The position numbers and the translations under genes were made by a program. A stretch of DNA of 64,000 bases, taken from the NCBI GenBank assembly GCA_013239625.1, contig MU053934.1, positions 8,887,352 to 8,951,351 on the forward strand, given 5' to 3'. Below, one piece after another: positions 11,142 to 23,700 of this stretch. Position 1 is the first letter of the stretch; each line of letters opens with the position of its first letter. The DNA comes from Lama guanicoe. Taxonomy: Eukaryota. A model generated the notes under the pieces. It searched no databases, was not told the origin of the DNA, and saw only the letters and a program-made list of their open reading frames with translations.

Positions 11142-14100
11142 GTAAGCGGGGGATGAGAGGAGGGGGCTATGCCCAGGGAGGGGCGTGTCCTGCATGCACC
11201 TTGATCCTCCGGAGGGGTCTCGATGGGAAGTGGCATTAGGTTTGGGAACTTGACTTACTCACTCCAGGAATAGACGTGAATGCCTGCTCTGTGCCAGGCC
11301 CTGTGAAGGCTCTGGGGGCCCAGATAGTAATAATAATAGCCAACAGTGTTAGTAAGCTTCCTCTGATGCGGATTTAAGTGCTCTGTGTTGGCTGCTGTAA
11401 GACACAAACAGGAGGCTGTGGGAGAGCAGAGGGGGACTGGTCTAGACTCACAGTGATGCCTGGACTCGGGAGCTGGAGGGACATTTCAGGTGAAGGAGCA
11501 GCATGGGCGAGTTCAGGGAGGAGGGGGTGGCATGCTGTATCCTGGGAACATCCCATCTATTGTCCATCAGTGTGATTGGAGCACGAGGTCAGGAAGTTTG
11601 CATAGAGCTGAGGCTGCAGACCCAACGAAAGAGGGTCCAGCACTTTAGGGCCTCGCTGCTTCTCCAGAGAGGCTGGGCTGTGTTGGAGCAGGGTGCGGAG
11701 CCAGGAAGGGGCCCAGCAGGAGAGCGACACAGTCAGGTTTGCAGGTTGGAGAGCAGAGGACGGGGGAGGGCTCCTTACTAGGGTCCAGGTGAAAAGGGTG
11801 GACTCTAAGACTGGGCTGACGGGGGTGGAGAAATGCTTAGGAGGGGCAGTGGGGTTATTGGCGACAGCATGTCTGTTGCGGGGAGCAAGAGGGTAGCTGT
11901 TTAGCTGGATTGCCCAGTTTCTGGTCAGGATCGCTGGGTGGGGACAGGGGTGAAGCTTGTGTCTGAGACAAGTTCCTGAGATAGCCTGTGGGGAGAGTGA
12001 AACCCAGTGCCTGGCACACAGCAGGTGCTCAGTAACTGCAGACGTGTGTGTGCAGGGGGTGCCCACTCATGTGGCCAGTTTTGCCAGGGGTCAGCCCCTA
12101 TCCTCATTGCCTCCTCCAGGTGTGAACCTCCAGCCCCAACTGGCTAGTGTGACCTTTGCCACCAACAATCCCACGCTCACCACCGTGGCCTTGGAAAAGC
12201 CTCTCTGCATGTTTGACAGCTCCGTGCCCCTCCCTGGCACCTACGAGGTCTACCTCTATGTACTGGTCGACTCAGGTAAAGGTCCTGCCTTCCTTGGGCT
12301 ACTCAGAAAGGGTCTTTGACCTGTCTGCAGGGAAGCGGGAAGGAGGCAGGTAGAGGGGTGCTCCATCCCTGGAATTAACCTGACCCATGCACCTCACCAA
12401 CACTCACCGGTGTCTGCTCTGTGCCAGCCCTGGGCTGGGTGCTGTGGTCACAGACGCGTCTCTGTCCTGGAGGGACATCCAGCCTAGCAGGGGAAATAAT
12501 GCCACCACCAATCACTGAGTATGTCTATTGTGGCAGGTGCTTTGTACACCTTACAGCCAATAGTTACAAGCAGTCTGCCAGGTCACTGTAACGGTGCCCA
12601 TCACAGGGGCAAAGAATCGGGGCTCACAATGGCAGAGTAATTCACTGGAGCTCCCAGAGCTGGAGAACAAATCAGATTCTCTGGTCCTCAAGTCCAAGTC
12701 CTTGCCAAGGTTTCTCCAGGTGGTTCAAAATCAGGGTGTGGGAGGGAAGCCATGCATTCGGACCTGCCAGCTCTGGCCTCACCCACACCTGTTCACTGGC
12801 AGGATCCTGGGATCGGAGAGTAGGAACCCGATGACAGCCTCTTATGTTTCTAGCAGCCAGGCATTTACACCAGCGCATGTAAGAGCATCATTTTATTCTT
12901 TCAGCAGACATGTACTGACTGACTACCTGTGCCCAATCCCAGTCCCAGCCTGTGGGCACTGCAGAGTATTTTTCTCCCATTTCACAGAGAGTCAGAGAGG
13001 TAAAGTGAGTTGTCCAAGGTCACCCAGCAAGTAAGGAAGAAATCCTAGGACCAGCACAGCGCTGGCACAGAGAGGATGCTTAGGGACATTGGATGAATGA
13101 CTGAATGGGTGACTGATCTAAGGTGGCCAGGAACCTCACCCCCAGCCCCTGGCACTACCTCCACAGCCAGCTCCAGGAATGCCTCTGTACAGGACAGCAC
13201 CATGACCCCATTCAGCTCAACATTCCAGCAGACGGAGGGAGGAAGGACAGGTCCCTATAAGGCCGCAGCCTTTGACCTGACCCCATGCAGTGACCTGCCC
13301 AGCTTGGATGCTGTTGGGGATGTGTCCCAGGCCTCGGAGATCCTGAACGCCTACCTGGTCAGGGTGGGCACCAATGCGACCTGCCTGTTCGACCCCAACT
13401 TCCAGGGCCTCTGCAACCCACCCCTGTCAGCAGCCACGGAATACAGGTGCGTGTAAGCGGCAGCGGGAAAGCGGCAGGTGGGCCCCAGCCCCTGCCTCGG
13501 GGTGCCCCGGAGGGGCTACAGTGTGAGAGCCCTTTCTCCAGAACCTACCATGTGCCAGGGCTGTCTCAGGTACCATAAAGGCTTCCTGGCTTCCTGGGCT
13601 GGCGACGGTGCCCGGGGCCCTGCGCTCAGAAGGACCCCTCTTGGCTTAATACTCTGCCACTGCCACCTTGAAATTCTTAATTTTTAAACATGGGGGTTCA
13701 TTTTCCTTTTGCACTGGGCCCCACAAATTATGTACCTGCTTCTGTCCTATCACCTGTGTGGCAGTTCGTTTGACAGGGAAGGAACTGTGGTCTAGAGAGG
13801 GAGGGGAGGTCACCTCAAGAAAAGCTGGGCTCAGCACGAAGGTCCTACCCGTATACCCTTCCGTGATCCACCCCAGCACAGAGGGTCCCTGATTCATTTT
13901 CTGAGCATCTTCTCTGTGAAGAGCTGGGGGCTCATCCCTGATCCATGGCCGGGCGTCTTACCCAGCCTTGGGTTAGATGACACCCACTCCTGTTACCTTG
14001 GAGATGCCTCGGTTGGGGTCTCTGTATCCTCAAGGCCACATTTGGGGCCCAGGCCACCCCTCACCTGCCATCCTCTCGCAGGGCTCGCTCCTCCTCTGGC

Positions 14101-17100
14101 CTGGGCCGCCAAGCAGGACACGAGTCCCGGCTCGCCCCTTCCCCACCCTCAGTCCTTACTCTGACCTTGTTCTTTTTTTTTTTTAATTATTCTTACTTTT
14201 TATTGAAGTGTAGTCGATTTACAGTGTTAGTTTCAGGTGTACAGCAAAGCGATTCAGTTATACATGTACATACATACATTTTTCAGAGTCTTTTCCATTA
14301 TACCTCATTACAAGAAATTCAGTATGGTTCCCTGTGCTCTGACCTTGTTCTTAGTATGTGAAAGCCTCTCCCTCTTCCTTGACCTCGAAGCCCACCCTGC
14401 CTTGGGGACACCAGGCACAAATTCCAGCCTCCAGAGTTCCCACCTTCGAATCTTGAGAATCAGAGGATTAAGCAAAATGCTGCATGCTACAGAGATTTTA
14501 AGGGTCTTCATTTTTTTCTTAAGTGTCAAACTGGAGGCTGTTGATTTCTTTGTTCTCAGAACATCTGTCATTTTAAACTGAGGGTGAAGAAGATCTAAAG
14601 CTGGCTACTTTGTACGGAGTCCCCTGGTCTTCCTTTATGATTTGTAACACCTGACTGGGATGTTCTGCATATAAAGTTAGCCCTTATCACAGGGTGGTGG
14701 GGTTGCAAGCAGATATTACTCCTTTTTAAGGAAAAGTCCCTGCGGTGAAACCTAAGACCAGGCTGGGAATAGAGGAAGGCAAAGATGCAAGGATGCTGCA
14801 TACGCCAATTGTCAGCAAATACGCTACGTGCTAATAAATACAACAGGGAAACAGGCGCTCCCAGAAGGAAAGCCTAGACTCTGGCGGCTTCGTGGAGGAT
14901 GTGCTGTCTGACCTGCAGAAAGGGCCCGGGGTGAAGGTGCTGCTGATGCAAAGGCTCCCACCTAGATTTCTATCTCCTGGAAGTCCCAGCTCTGCCCCGA
15001 CCCCCCATCCTCTTCCCCCTCCTTCTGGCCGAGGCTCACAGGATGGATAGAAGTCATTCTCTCTCCACTTCCTTCCAGGTTCAAGTTCGTCCTCGTCAAT
15101 ATGTCCACAGGCTTGGTCCAGGACCAGACCCTGTGGTCAGACCCCATCTGCACCCACCGGCGTAAGTGGTGGGGCAGGGCTGGGTGGCGGTCCTCAAGGG
15201 AACCTGGGAAACAGACTCATGCTGTCACTCGGAAGTCTCCCCAGACACAGGCAGGCCATTGGGTTATGAGGAAAATGCATCTGAAAGAATTTAACCTGAG
15301 AAATCCTCCTCCCTCCCTCCCTTCCTCAAGAGCAGGAGATGCCGTGACCGAGGAAGATGAAGGATTTGCGGGTGTCTGGGTGGGCTGCACGGGTGTAACT
15401 GAAGTCAGACTCAGCGGCATTGCCAGCCCTGATAGTGTATTTGCCTCCAAGGGGCATGGAGTTTATCCTGCATTTAGACCCAGCCGGCCCCTTTGTTGAA
15501 CCCTCAGGACAACATTTCCATGTAAGATGTTTCCAGAGGCATCTTAACCTCAGGGGCATGGAAACAGCTGGAGACCCAGATGTTTTCCTAAAGATGGGTA
15601 GGGGGAGTCTCGCAGGCCCAGGACATCCTGCCCTGTCCCCGCGCAAGCCTGCCTCTGAGTTCTTAACACAGATCCAAGATTTATACACACGGAATCATGT
15701 CTGCTGAACTTTAGGGGCAATGGAAGAGATTTCCAAGGGAAATTTTGCCGGCCTGTGACCCTAACTTTAGAACTCGCCTGCACCACACCTCAGCCTCCAT
15801 GAGGTGACTGCTTGGCACCCAAGATGGGCTCAGCCTGGAGCACAGCGCTTTTCCCCTGGAGCCTCCTGCCACCCACGGTGTATGTGGCTGGGCGGCTCCT
15901 TCCCACCCTCGGGGCGTGCCCGTGCCTCGTGGTCCCGCTGAAACAGCACTGCCCTGGGGCGAGAGTCCCAGGTTCAAGCCCGGCCTCTGAGCATCACTGA
16001 TGTGTGAGCCCTTCGGGACCCCATTTTCCCATCAGAGAAGTGGGAAGGAGAAGCCTTGCTGTTTTCCCAGACAAAAGCACCAGGCCCAGCCCTCTAGGGG
16101 CACAGCCTGGAGGTCAGTCTGTGCAGAGAATGTGTCCTTTGGGACCAGACAGACCTACAGGCTTGAGGCTGGATTCTAAGAGCCCTTGCATGTGAACTCA
16201 ACCTCCCTAAGCTGCAGTGAGCGGTCTGCAGAACAGGGGTCTCATGGGATCTCTGTGGGACACTGAATGCAAAGTGCTGGCTCACAGGAGGACCTATAGA
16301 TGGTTTGTCCATTTAGTTCCAAAAGGGGGACACCGGCCAGAGCAGAGGGAGACCACGGTCCCCCTGGCTCCGTTAGGCCAGGCACCTTTGCTCTGCCTTC
16401 ATTTCAGTCGTTTGTAATCTGTGTCCCATCCGTCTCACCAGAAGACTTGAGTCAGTTTACAATTTAAAATTATGCAAAAAGGCAGTTAACTGAGAGAGAG
16501 ACCAGACACACACAAGAGCAAGTTGGGGAGTGGGATGTGGGGGCAAGTCAGATAATTGCACCTCAAACCCAGGGGAGGCAGTCCCTGAGCAGGGTCCTGG
16601 CTTCATCCCTGAGATTTTCGGCCACCAGGGCAGGGGCCATGGGTACTCCCCTGGGAGAAGGCTGAGGGGTGCGGTGTCTGGGGAGTAACTGAGCCTGCAT
16701 CCTGTAGTCATCCCGTACTCGTCGATCGACACGTGGCCCGGCCGGCGGAGCGGGGGCATGATCGTCATCACGTCCATCCTGGGCTCCCTGCCCTTCCTCC
16801 TGCTTGTGGGCTTTGCTGGCGCCATCGTCCTCAGCCTCGTGTGAGTACCGGTCAGCTAGGGGCGGGACTCAGGGACACACTCCAACGGTGGGTGGATTGG
16901 GGTGGGGGGTCTTCCTAGGCCGGGAGAGCCCAGGAGCAAGAGAGCTGCCTTCCACGCTGGTGGGGCAGGGTCTAGTGAGAGGGGAGCAGGGTCCTGGGGT
17001 GTCCCAAGGTCAAGTCTTCAGCAGGGTTGGCAGCGAGGCTTTGTGGGAGGAGCCCAGCTCTGACACAGCTGTGCACTTTGGGCAAGTATCTTATCCTTCT

Positions 17101-18642
17101 ATGCCTCAGTTTCCTCCTCTGAAACTGGAGACTGTAATGAATATTATCTGCCCCGTGGAGCTGTGAGGGTAAATGAAGTATTCCCTGTAGAGCCGCAGGG
17201 CAGTACTCCACCCGTTGAGCAGGTATTAGCTTGTGTTGTCATTATAATTCACCCACTTGCGGTACAGATGGGGAAACTGAGGCCTGAGGGGGGGAAGGTG
17301 GCCCAAGGTTATGCAGCCAGTTAACCAGAGCTCCTGAGTCTTCTGACTCCATGAGCACCTCTGATGTATGTCAATTTGGATTAGGACTCAAGGTCTCCTG
17401 TAGGGTGTTTGGAGCAACTGGTGGGAAGACAGGCAGGCAGTCAATCCATTAATCTTGGGAGAATGGAGCAGGGAGTGACTCAAGGCACCTGCAGGTGTGG
17501 GAATCCAAAGGAATCCAGGGAGGGCAGATCCTGCCTGGAGCATCAGGGTGGGCTTCCTGGCAGAAGGACCAGCAGGAACAAACTCTTACCAGGGCAGGGA
17601 TGAATCAAAAATTCACATGCAGTGTAATTCTCAGGAAGACAGGAAGGGAGACCCGGGGGCTTTAAAGATAGAGGGTGCTTGTTCCAGTGAGGGTGGGGTG
17701 AGCTGATGGAAAAGGTTCTTTGAGTAGGTGGAATTAAGTGGAAACATAGAAATTAGCCAGGCAGGAAAGACTTGTAGGTTGGGTGAGGGATGGAGTAGGG
17801 AGGGGACAGTGAACTGGGAAATCAGATAACCCTCTGACATTTAAGTTAACAAAAACACAAATAATAGATGAGATTAACCATCAAGAGACTGGTCTGTCTG
17901 GCCAGACCTGGGAGCAGTCAGGATGTGGTTATGTCCCTTCCTCCCTTTGGGTAGCACCCTAATCTGGCACCGAAGGTCCTGTTATCTGACTTTTTCTGAG
18001 AACATTTGTCCCCCTACCCTCCCCCTCCCAACTCCAGCTGCACCAATCTTCCCAGTGTTACCCCAGACATTCCCCAGTCCTTCCTATCAAATGCCTGGAA
18101 TGCCTTTCTGTGCTCCCACTTTCCTTTTTGAGGGCGAGATTAACTGCCTCCTCCTCCAGGAAGCCCTCCGGTGGCTTCCATCTAGACCTGCCCATTCTAT
18201 CTAGTCACTGTCTGCTGTGGTCTGTTTCCATATACAGTCTTAGCTCTTTGGGGCCATCTGCCCAGCTCATGGTTAAGACCTGTAAATTGTTCCAAAAGAG
18301 TGACACCTTCTTTATCCCAGGGCCTGGCACCCAGTAAGTGCTCTGGAAAGACTGGTTAATTGAATGAAGGCCTAAGACAACATCTGTGAAAGCAGTGGCT
18401 AATGAGAAGGGTCCCTGGCCACCTGAGGGGTGTGGGTCTGCTCTGTGCCCCCAGCCCTGACTCTCTTCGTGCCCTCCATCAGGGACACGGGCAGTGCTGA
18501 GGGAGAAAACACCCACGACTCCCAGATCACGCAGGAGGCTGTCCCCAAGTCCCTGGGCACCTCGGAGGCTTCGTACACGTCTGTGAACCGGGGGCCGCCC
18601 CTGGACAGGGCTGAGGTGTACACCAGCAAGCTCCAGGATTGA
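11090..18642 (+). CDS. UPK3A: Uroplakin-3a, complete gene: join(11090-11141,12120-12275,13167-13446,15079-15161,16708-16840,18483-18642)
   Basis: Exons of 52+156+280+83+133+160=864 nt give 287 aa plus TGA. All introns are GT-AG with consistent phases. Protein: signal peptide MPPLWVLLALGCLRLGS, lumenal domain VNLQPQLASVTFATNNPTLTTVALEKPLCMF..., TM helix MIVITSILGSLPFLLLVGFAGAIVLSLV, tail ending EVYTSKLQD. Confidence 0.97.
12120..12275 (+). CDS. UPK3A: UPK3A exon 2
   Basis: Acceptor ctcctccag|, VNLQPQLASVTF...YVLVDS, donor G|GTAAAG. Confidence 0.96.
13167..13446 (+). CDS. UPK3A: UPK3A exon 3
   Basis: Acceptor ctccacag|, SSRNASVQDS...CNPPLSAATEY, donor AG|GTGCGT. Confidence 0.95.
13580..13745 (+). 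mobile_element. MER45A-like hAT DNA transposon
   Basis: ggggccctgcgctcagaagg...cttgaaattcttaat...tttgcactgggccccacaaattatgta. Confidence 0.7.
14175..14336 (-). mobile_element. Short L1 3' insertion with 16-bp TSD
   Basis: CTCTGACCTTGTTCTT at 14159-14174 and 14337-14352 flanks a T-run plus L1 3' end. Confidence 0.85.
15079..15161 (+). CDS. UPK3A: UPK3A exon 4
   Basis: Acceptor ccttccag|, FKFVLVNMSTGLVQDQTLWSDPICTHR, donor C|GTAAGT. Confidence 0.95.
16708..16840 (+). CDS. UPK3A: UPK3A exon 5 (transmembrane helix)
   Basis: Acceptor cctgtag|, IPYSSIDTWPGRRSGGMIVITSILG...LSL, donor GT|GTGAGT. Confidence 0.95.
17050..17350. mobile_element. Two MIR fragments in opposite orientation
   Basis: tgggcaagt...gcctcagtttcctc on +, then acagatggggaaactgaggc...cccaaggt on -. 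Confidence 0.65.
18483..18642 (+). CDS. UPK3A: UPK3A exon 6 (cytoplasmic tail, stop)
   Basis: Acceptor ctccatcag|, DTGSAEGENTHDSQITQEAVPK...KLQD then TGA. Confidence 0.96.
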
Positions 18643-18750
18643 GCCCGGGGGGCTGCAGTCTCCCCGAGGGCCTTGCAGGTAGCCACGTTCACATCTAGAC
18701 CCTACCCAAGGTGGATCAGGCCATGTTGGTCCAACTGCAGGAAAGTGCTT

Positions 18751-18756
18751 AATAAA
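18751..18756 (+). terminator. UPK3A polyadenylation signal
   Basis: AATAAA about 110 nt after the stop codon. Confidence 0.8.
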
Positions 18757-20549
18757 ATCTTCCTAAGAATTTGAGTTCAGTAAAGACTTAAAGAATGAAT
18801 GAGTGAGAAGCTGAATGAATGAATGTGGCATTGTCATTTGAGGGGTTGCATTGTTTCTCTGGAAGGTGGGGCACAGGGCTCATTTTCAGTCAAAGCGGAG
18901 GTGGAGAGGGTAAGGAGGTTAGGGCTGCCAGGACACCTGGGTTGTCAGACCTCCCTGAGCCTCGGTCTCTTCCTCTGTAAGGTGGGAGGTCAGCGCCTCC
19001 CCTGATGGCTTCATGTGAGCTTTAGGGGTGCTGTGAGACAGAGTGTACATGCAGTTATTAGATGCTGCTTGGGGTGTGCTGGCTGCGAGGTACTGGAAGC
19101 CAATCTGGGCCCTGGGTGTGGCTCTGCTGGCCCCCCAAGTCATCTCTTTCTCTCTAGGGCTCAGTTCCTCATCTGTAAAATGGGCTGATGTAAATGGTTA
19201 ACTTCAAGGCCATACATGCCTGGGTTCCTTCACAGCTTTCTCTGAGGATCCCACCACGGGCGGGCAGAAGAGGCTGCAGGACAGCAGCCTTCTGCTGGGG
19301 CAGAAGGGGAGGGGAGGGGCACCAAGTCCCCTGGTCGGGCGCAGAGGGGCTCTTCCGGCCCTGGGTCTCCACCCAGATGACAGTTCTGTCTTCGGAGCCA
19401 GGTAGCAAGTCCGCTTCCCTTTTTGGGACAAGCGAAACAGGTTCCACTTCCCGTCATGGAAAGAAGAGGTTGGTCAGCGAAGGGTCGGTTAAAGCAGGAG
19501 TGCTGACTGACAGCTGCCAGGAAGAGCCCCAGCGGCTGGTGGGGCACTCTCAGGGCACCGGATCGTTCACCAGGGGCACAGATGCTGAGACGACATGGTC
19601 AGATGCACCAGAGGGGTCAATGGCTGACAAGGCAGGAGGCGTTTGGTCCCTGCGGAATGCGGCTCTCAGACCCCTCCCGTGCAGCAGAGGGCGTAGGACT
19701 GAACCGCCATCATTGGGGTGGGGGGCAGTTTGTATTTTGAGGCAAGGCTAAGCCTTTGCCTGCTTCCAGCCAGCCCCATGCAGTCTGAGCAGAACACCCC
19801 AGCTGGTGGGTTGGGGTGGGTGGAGGAGGTGGGGCTTGGCTCTTGGGTTCTGGGCTGGACTCAAGCTTCACAGAAACTTCTAATTATAAATACCCACGGA
19901 AGCAATTTTTCTAGCTCACTTCTCAGATTCTGAAGGCTCCCCTCCTCCCATGACTGGGAAGGCGAGGCCTTCAGAGCTGAGCTTCCCACCCATAGAGGCT
20001 GCCTCATCCTCCCTCCCATCTCAATCATGGTTCATCAATTAGCTAATCACTGTGGACATGCTGTGTGACTCTGGGCAAGGAAGCACCCTCTCTGGGCTCC
20101 TCTGACCTCATCTGTACAAAGGGATTCAGAATGCTTGGGAAGTTTGCTCCAAAATAGGTGATTTTGTTCTGAGATCTAATCAGTCACAAAGGGATGGCAT
20201 TCAATTAAATCCAACCAAACCCTGAAAACTTGGAGCCACCTATCTGGTCAGAACAGAAATGCACAGAGGAGTTGTCAAAGCAGATCCTTGGACAGAGCAT
20301 GGTCTGGCCTTCAACACACAGATCTGGCTAGAGGTGATTTAGGAAACAGAGGAAGGATTTCCTCCTCACCCAGTCAGGGCTGGAATAGTCAGGAGGACTT
20401 CCTGGAGGAGGTAGTACTTTTTTCAGATCCCTGCCATTTCTAACCCAGAGCTCCTGAGGCCAGAGGTCCTGGTCCATGCTCTATCACCAGCAGATAGATG
20501 CTCAATAAACAGTAACAAGTTCCTGGGATGCCATACATCTTTCTTGTTC

Positions 20550-23500
20550 CTCCATTTTTAGATAAATGATTCTAAATTTCACAAGCAACGCAGCATACAG
20601 TCTGCTTGACAAAAGAGAAGAAGAGCCTGTGAAACCACCACCACATTGAGACAATGGCCACTTCTATCTCCCTGGAAAGTTTTCCCCTGCTCCTTTGTAA
20701 GCTCCCTCTCCTGTCCCTCACTTTCCCCCACTGATTTGCTTTCTGACAGTACAGATTCGACGGCACTTTCTAGAATTTCATATAAATGGAACCACATAGT
20801 ATGGTCTCTTCTTTGTCTGGCTTGTCTCTACTGAGCATAATTTTTCTTTTTTTTAAACTGGAGTATAGTTGATTTACAACGTTGTGTTAGTTTTAGGTGT
20901 ACAGTAAAGTGATTCAGATATATACATATATTCTTTTTATTTTTAATTCTTTTCTTTTTAATATATACTTATTTTTATTATATTTATCATTATTTTTAAT
21001 TTTTCCCCTTAACAGAGGCACTAGGGATTGAACCCAGAACCTGTGCATGCCAAGCACACGCTGTACCATTGAGCTATACCTTCCACCCCCTTTTTTAACT
21101 TTTTGTGAATTTTTTCCATAACATTCTTGTTTTTTTTTAATTGAAGTATAGTCGGTTTATAATGTCCTAATTTCTGGTGTACAGCAGAGTGATTCAGTTA
21201 TGCATATATATATTCCTTTTGGTAATCTTTTTCATTATAGGCAATTGCAAGAAATTGAATCTAGTTCCTTGTGCTGCACAGTAGGACCTTGCTGTTCATC
21301 TATTTTATATGCAGTAGTTAGTATCTGCAAATCCTGAACTCCCAGTTTATCCCTCCACCCCCCAATATGTTTATATTCTTTTTCAGATTCTTTTCCATTG
21401 TAGGTTATTACAAGATATTGAATATAGTTCCCTGTGCTATCAGTAAGTCTTTGTTCTTTATTTTGTATACAGTAGTATGTATCTGTTACTCCCAAACTCC
21501 TAATTTATCCCCCCTCCCCTCTTTCCCCTTGGAACCATACATTTGTTTTCTATGTCTGAGACTCTATGTCTGATGTGTAAATTAGTTCCTCTGTGTCATT
21601 TTTTAGATTCCACATATAAGTGATATCACATGATACTTGTCTTTGTCTGACTTACTTCACTTAGGATGATAATCTCCAGGTCCATCCATGTTGCTACAAA
21701 TGGCATTAGGTCATTCTTTTTTTATAAAAGTCAGCATAATTATTTTGAGATTCATCATGTTGCAGCACGTATTAATATTTTGTTCCTGTTTATTCCGCTG
21801 TGTGACTGTTCTACAATTTGCGGATCTGTCATTCTCCTGTTCATGACCATTTGGGTTGTTTCCAGTTTGGAGTTATTGCAAATGAAGTTATGAGCAGTCG
21901 TGGACCAGTCCTGGCAGGAACCCATGCTTTCACTTCTCCTGGGGAAACACCTAGGAGCAGAACCACGAAAAACACCTGCTTATTTTCAAATATTTGGATT
22001 CAGAGGAAATTGAAAAAAAAAAATACAGGGAGAACCCATGTAGCTTTCACCCAGTTTTCCCCAATGGTAACATCTTATCTGACTGTAGCATAATTATAGC
22101 AAATCCAGGAAATTAATATTGGTAAAATCCACAGAGCTGATTCACGTTTGGCCAATTTTACCCTCTGTCTTTGTGTGTATGTCTGTGCAGTTCCATACAA
22201 TTTTATCACATGTGTAAGATTTGGGTCACCACCACCACCAGCAAGGTATAGAACTGCTAATACTGTAAATCAACCATACCTCAATGAAAGATGCAGAGCA
22301 GTCCCATCACCACCAGACTCCCTCCCGCTACCCTTCATAGCCCTCCCACCCCAGCCGCAAACCCCGGATCACTAATCTACTCTCTCCACCGATACAATTT
22401 GGTCATTTTTAAAACGTTGTATAAGTGGAATCATAGCGCATATAAAATTTTTTTCCTGTTTCTTATTTTGGGGGAGATAATTCAGTTTTTATTTATTTAT
22501 TTATTTCAGTGGAGGTTCTGGGGATTGAATCCAGGACCTCATGCAGACCAGGAACATGCTCTACCACTGAGCTATCTGCATATAACTTTTTGAGATTTTT
22601 TTTTTCCCAGCAGCATAATTCCACTGAGGTCTATCCAAGTCGTTGCACCAACAGCGCTTTCTTTTTCATCGCTGAGGGGTGTTTCGTGATGTAATGGACC
22701 GCAGTTTGTATACCTGCTGTCTCACTGAAGGGCATTCTGGTTGTTTCCAGTTCTTAGCTGTTATGAATACAATGGCTACAAACAATTACGTAAGGTTTTT
22801 TACTGAACACGATTTTTGTTTTTCTGGTATGAATACCCGAGTGCTATTTCTGGGTTGCATAAGGCTTTTTTTTTTTTTAGGGGGGGTAGATAATTAGGTT
22901 TATTTATGTGTTTTTTAATTCTTTTTTTTTTTAATTTTTTTACTGGAGGTACTGGGAATTGAACCCAGGACCCTGTACATGCTAGGCATGGGCCCTACCA
23001 CTGAGCTATATCCTCCCCACAAGTGCATGTTTACTTTGAAAAAATTGCCAAACTATTTTCCAGAGTAGCTGGAAACCATTCTCCAGTCCCACCAACTGTG
23101 TGTAGGTGACTGTTTCTCTACATCCTCACCAGCACTTGGTGTTCATGCTATTTTTTATTTTACTTTTATTCTGAAAGGAGTGCAGAATCCCTTCCCGTCT
23201 GTGCACCCCCCACCCCGTGTGAGAGTGCCTGTTCCTCCACACCCTTGGCTACACTCGCTGTGCTCAGGCTTTTACTCTGCGGCCATTCTAGTGGTGTGTA
23301 GTGGTGTTCCACCGTGGTTTTGATTTGCCTTTTCCCAAGGAATAACAATGCTGAGCATCTTTTCAGGTCCTTGTGGGCCATTCACATATTTTCTCTGATG
23401 ACGCATGTGTTCCAATCTTTTGCTCAGTTTTTAAAAGCTGAATTGTCAGGGGAGGGTATAGCTCAGTGGGAGCGTGTTCTTAGCACACATGAGGTCCTAA

Positions 23501-23700
23501 GTTCAATCCCCAGTACCTCCATTAAAAATAAAAAGATAAATAAACCTAACTACTCCTCCCCCCTCCAAAAAAATTGAGTTGTCTTATTATTGAGTTATAT
23601 GAGTTCTTAGTATGTTCTAGACTGGGGCCTTAGTCAGATACGTGCTTTGCAGGTTTCTCCCAGGCTGTGTGTTGCCCTTTGACTTTCATAGTGGTGTCTG
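20550..23700 (-). mobile_element. Nested cluster of antisense L1 fragments and tRNA-SINEs
   Basis: Several L1 3' ends (near 20850, 21135, 21365), older L1 pieces, and SINEs at about 21011-21090(-), 22469-22577(-), 22880-23018(-), 23448-23572(+). Confidence 0.8.

Noticed and set aside
19194..19751. 185-aa ORF downstream of UPK3A
   Set aside because: No recognisable domain or splice structure, and it begins in MIR-like sequence.
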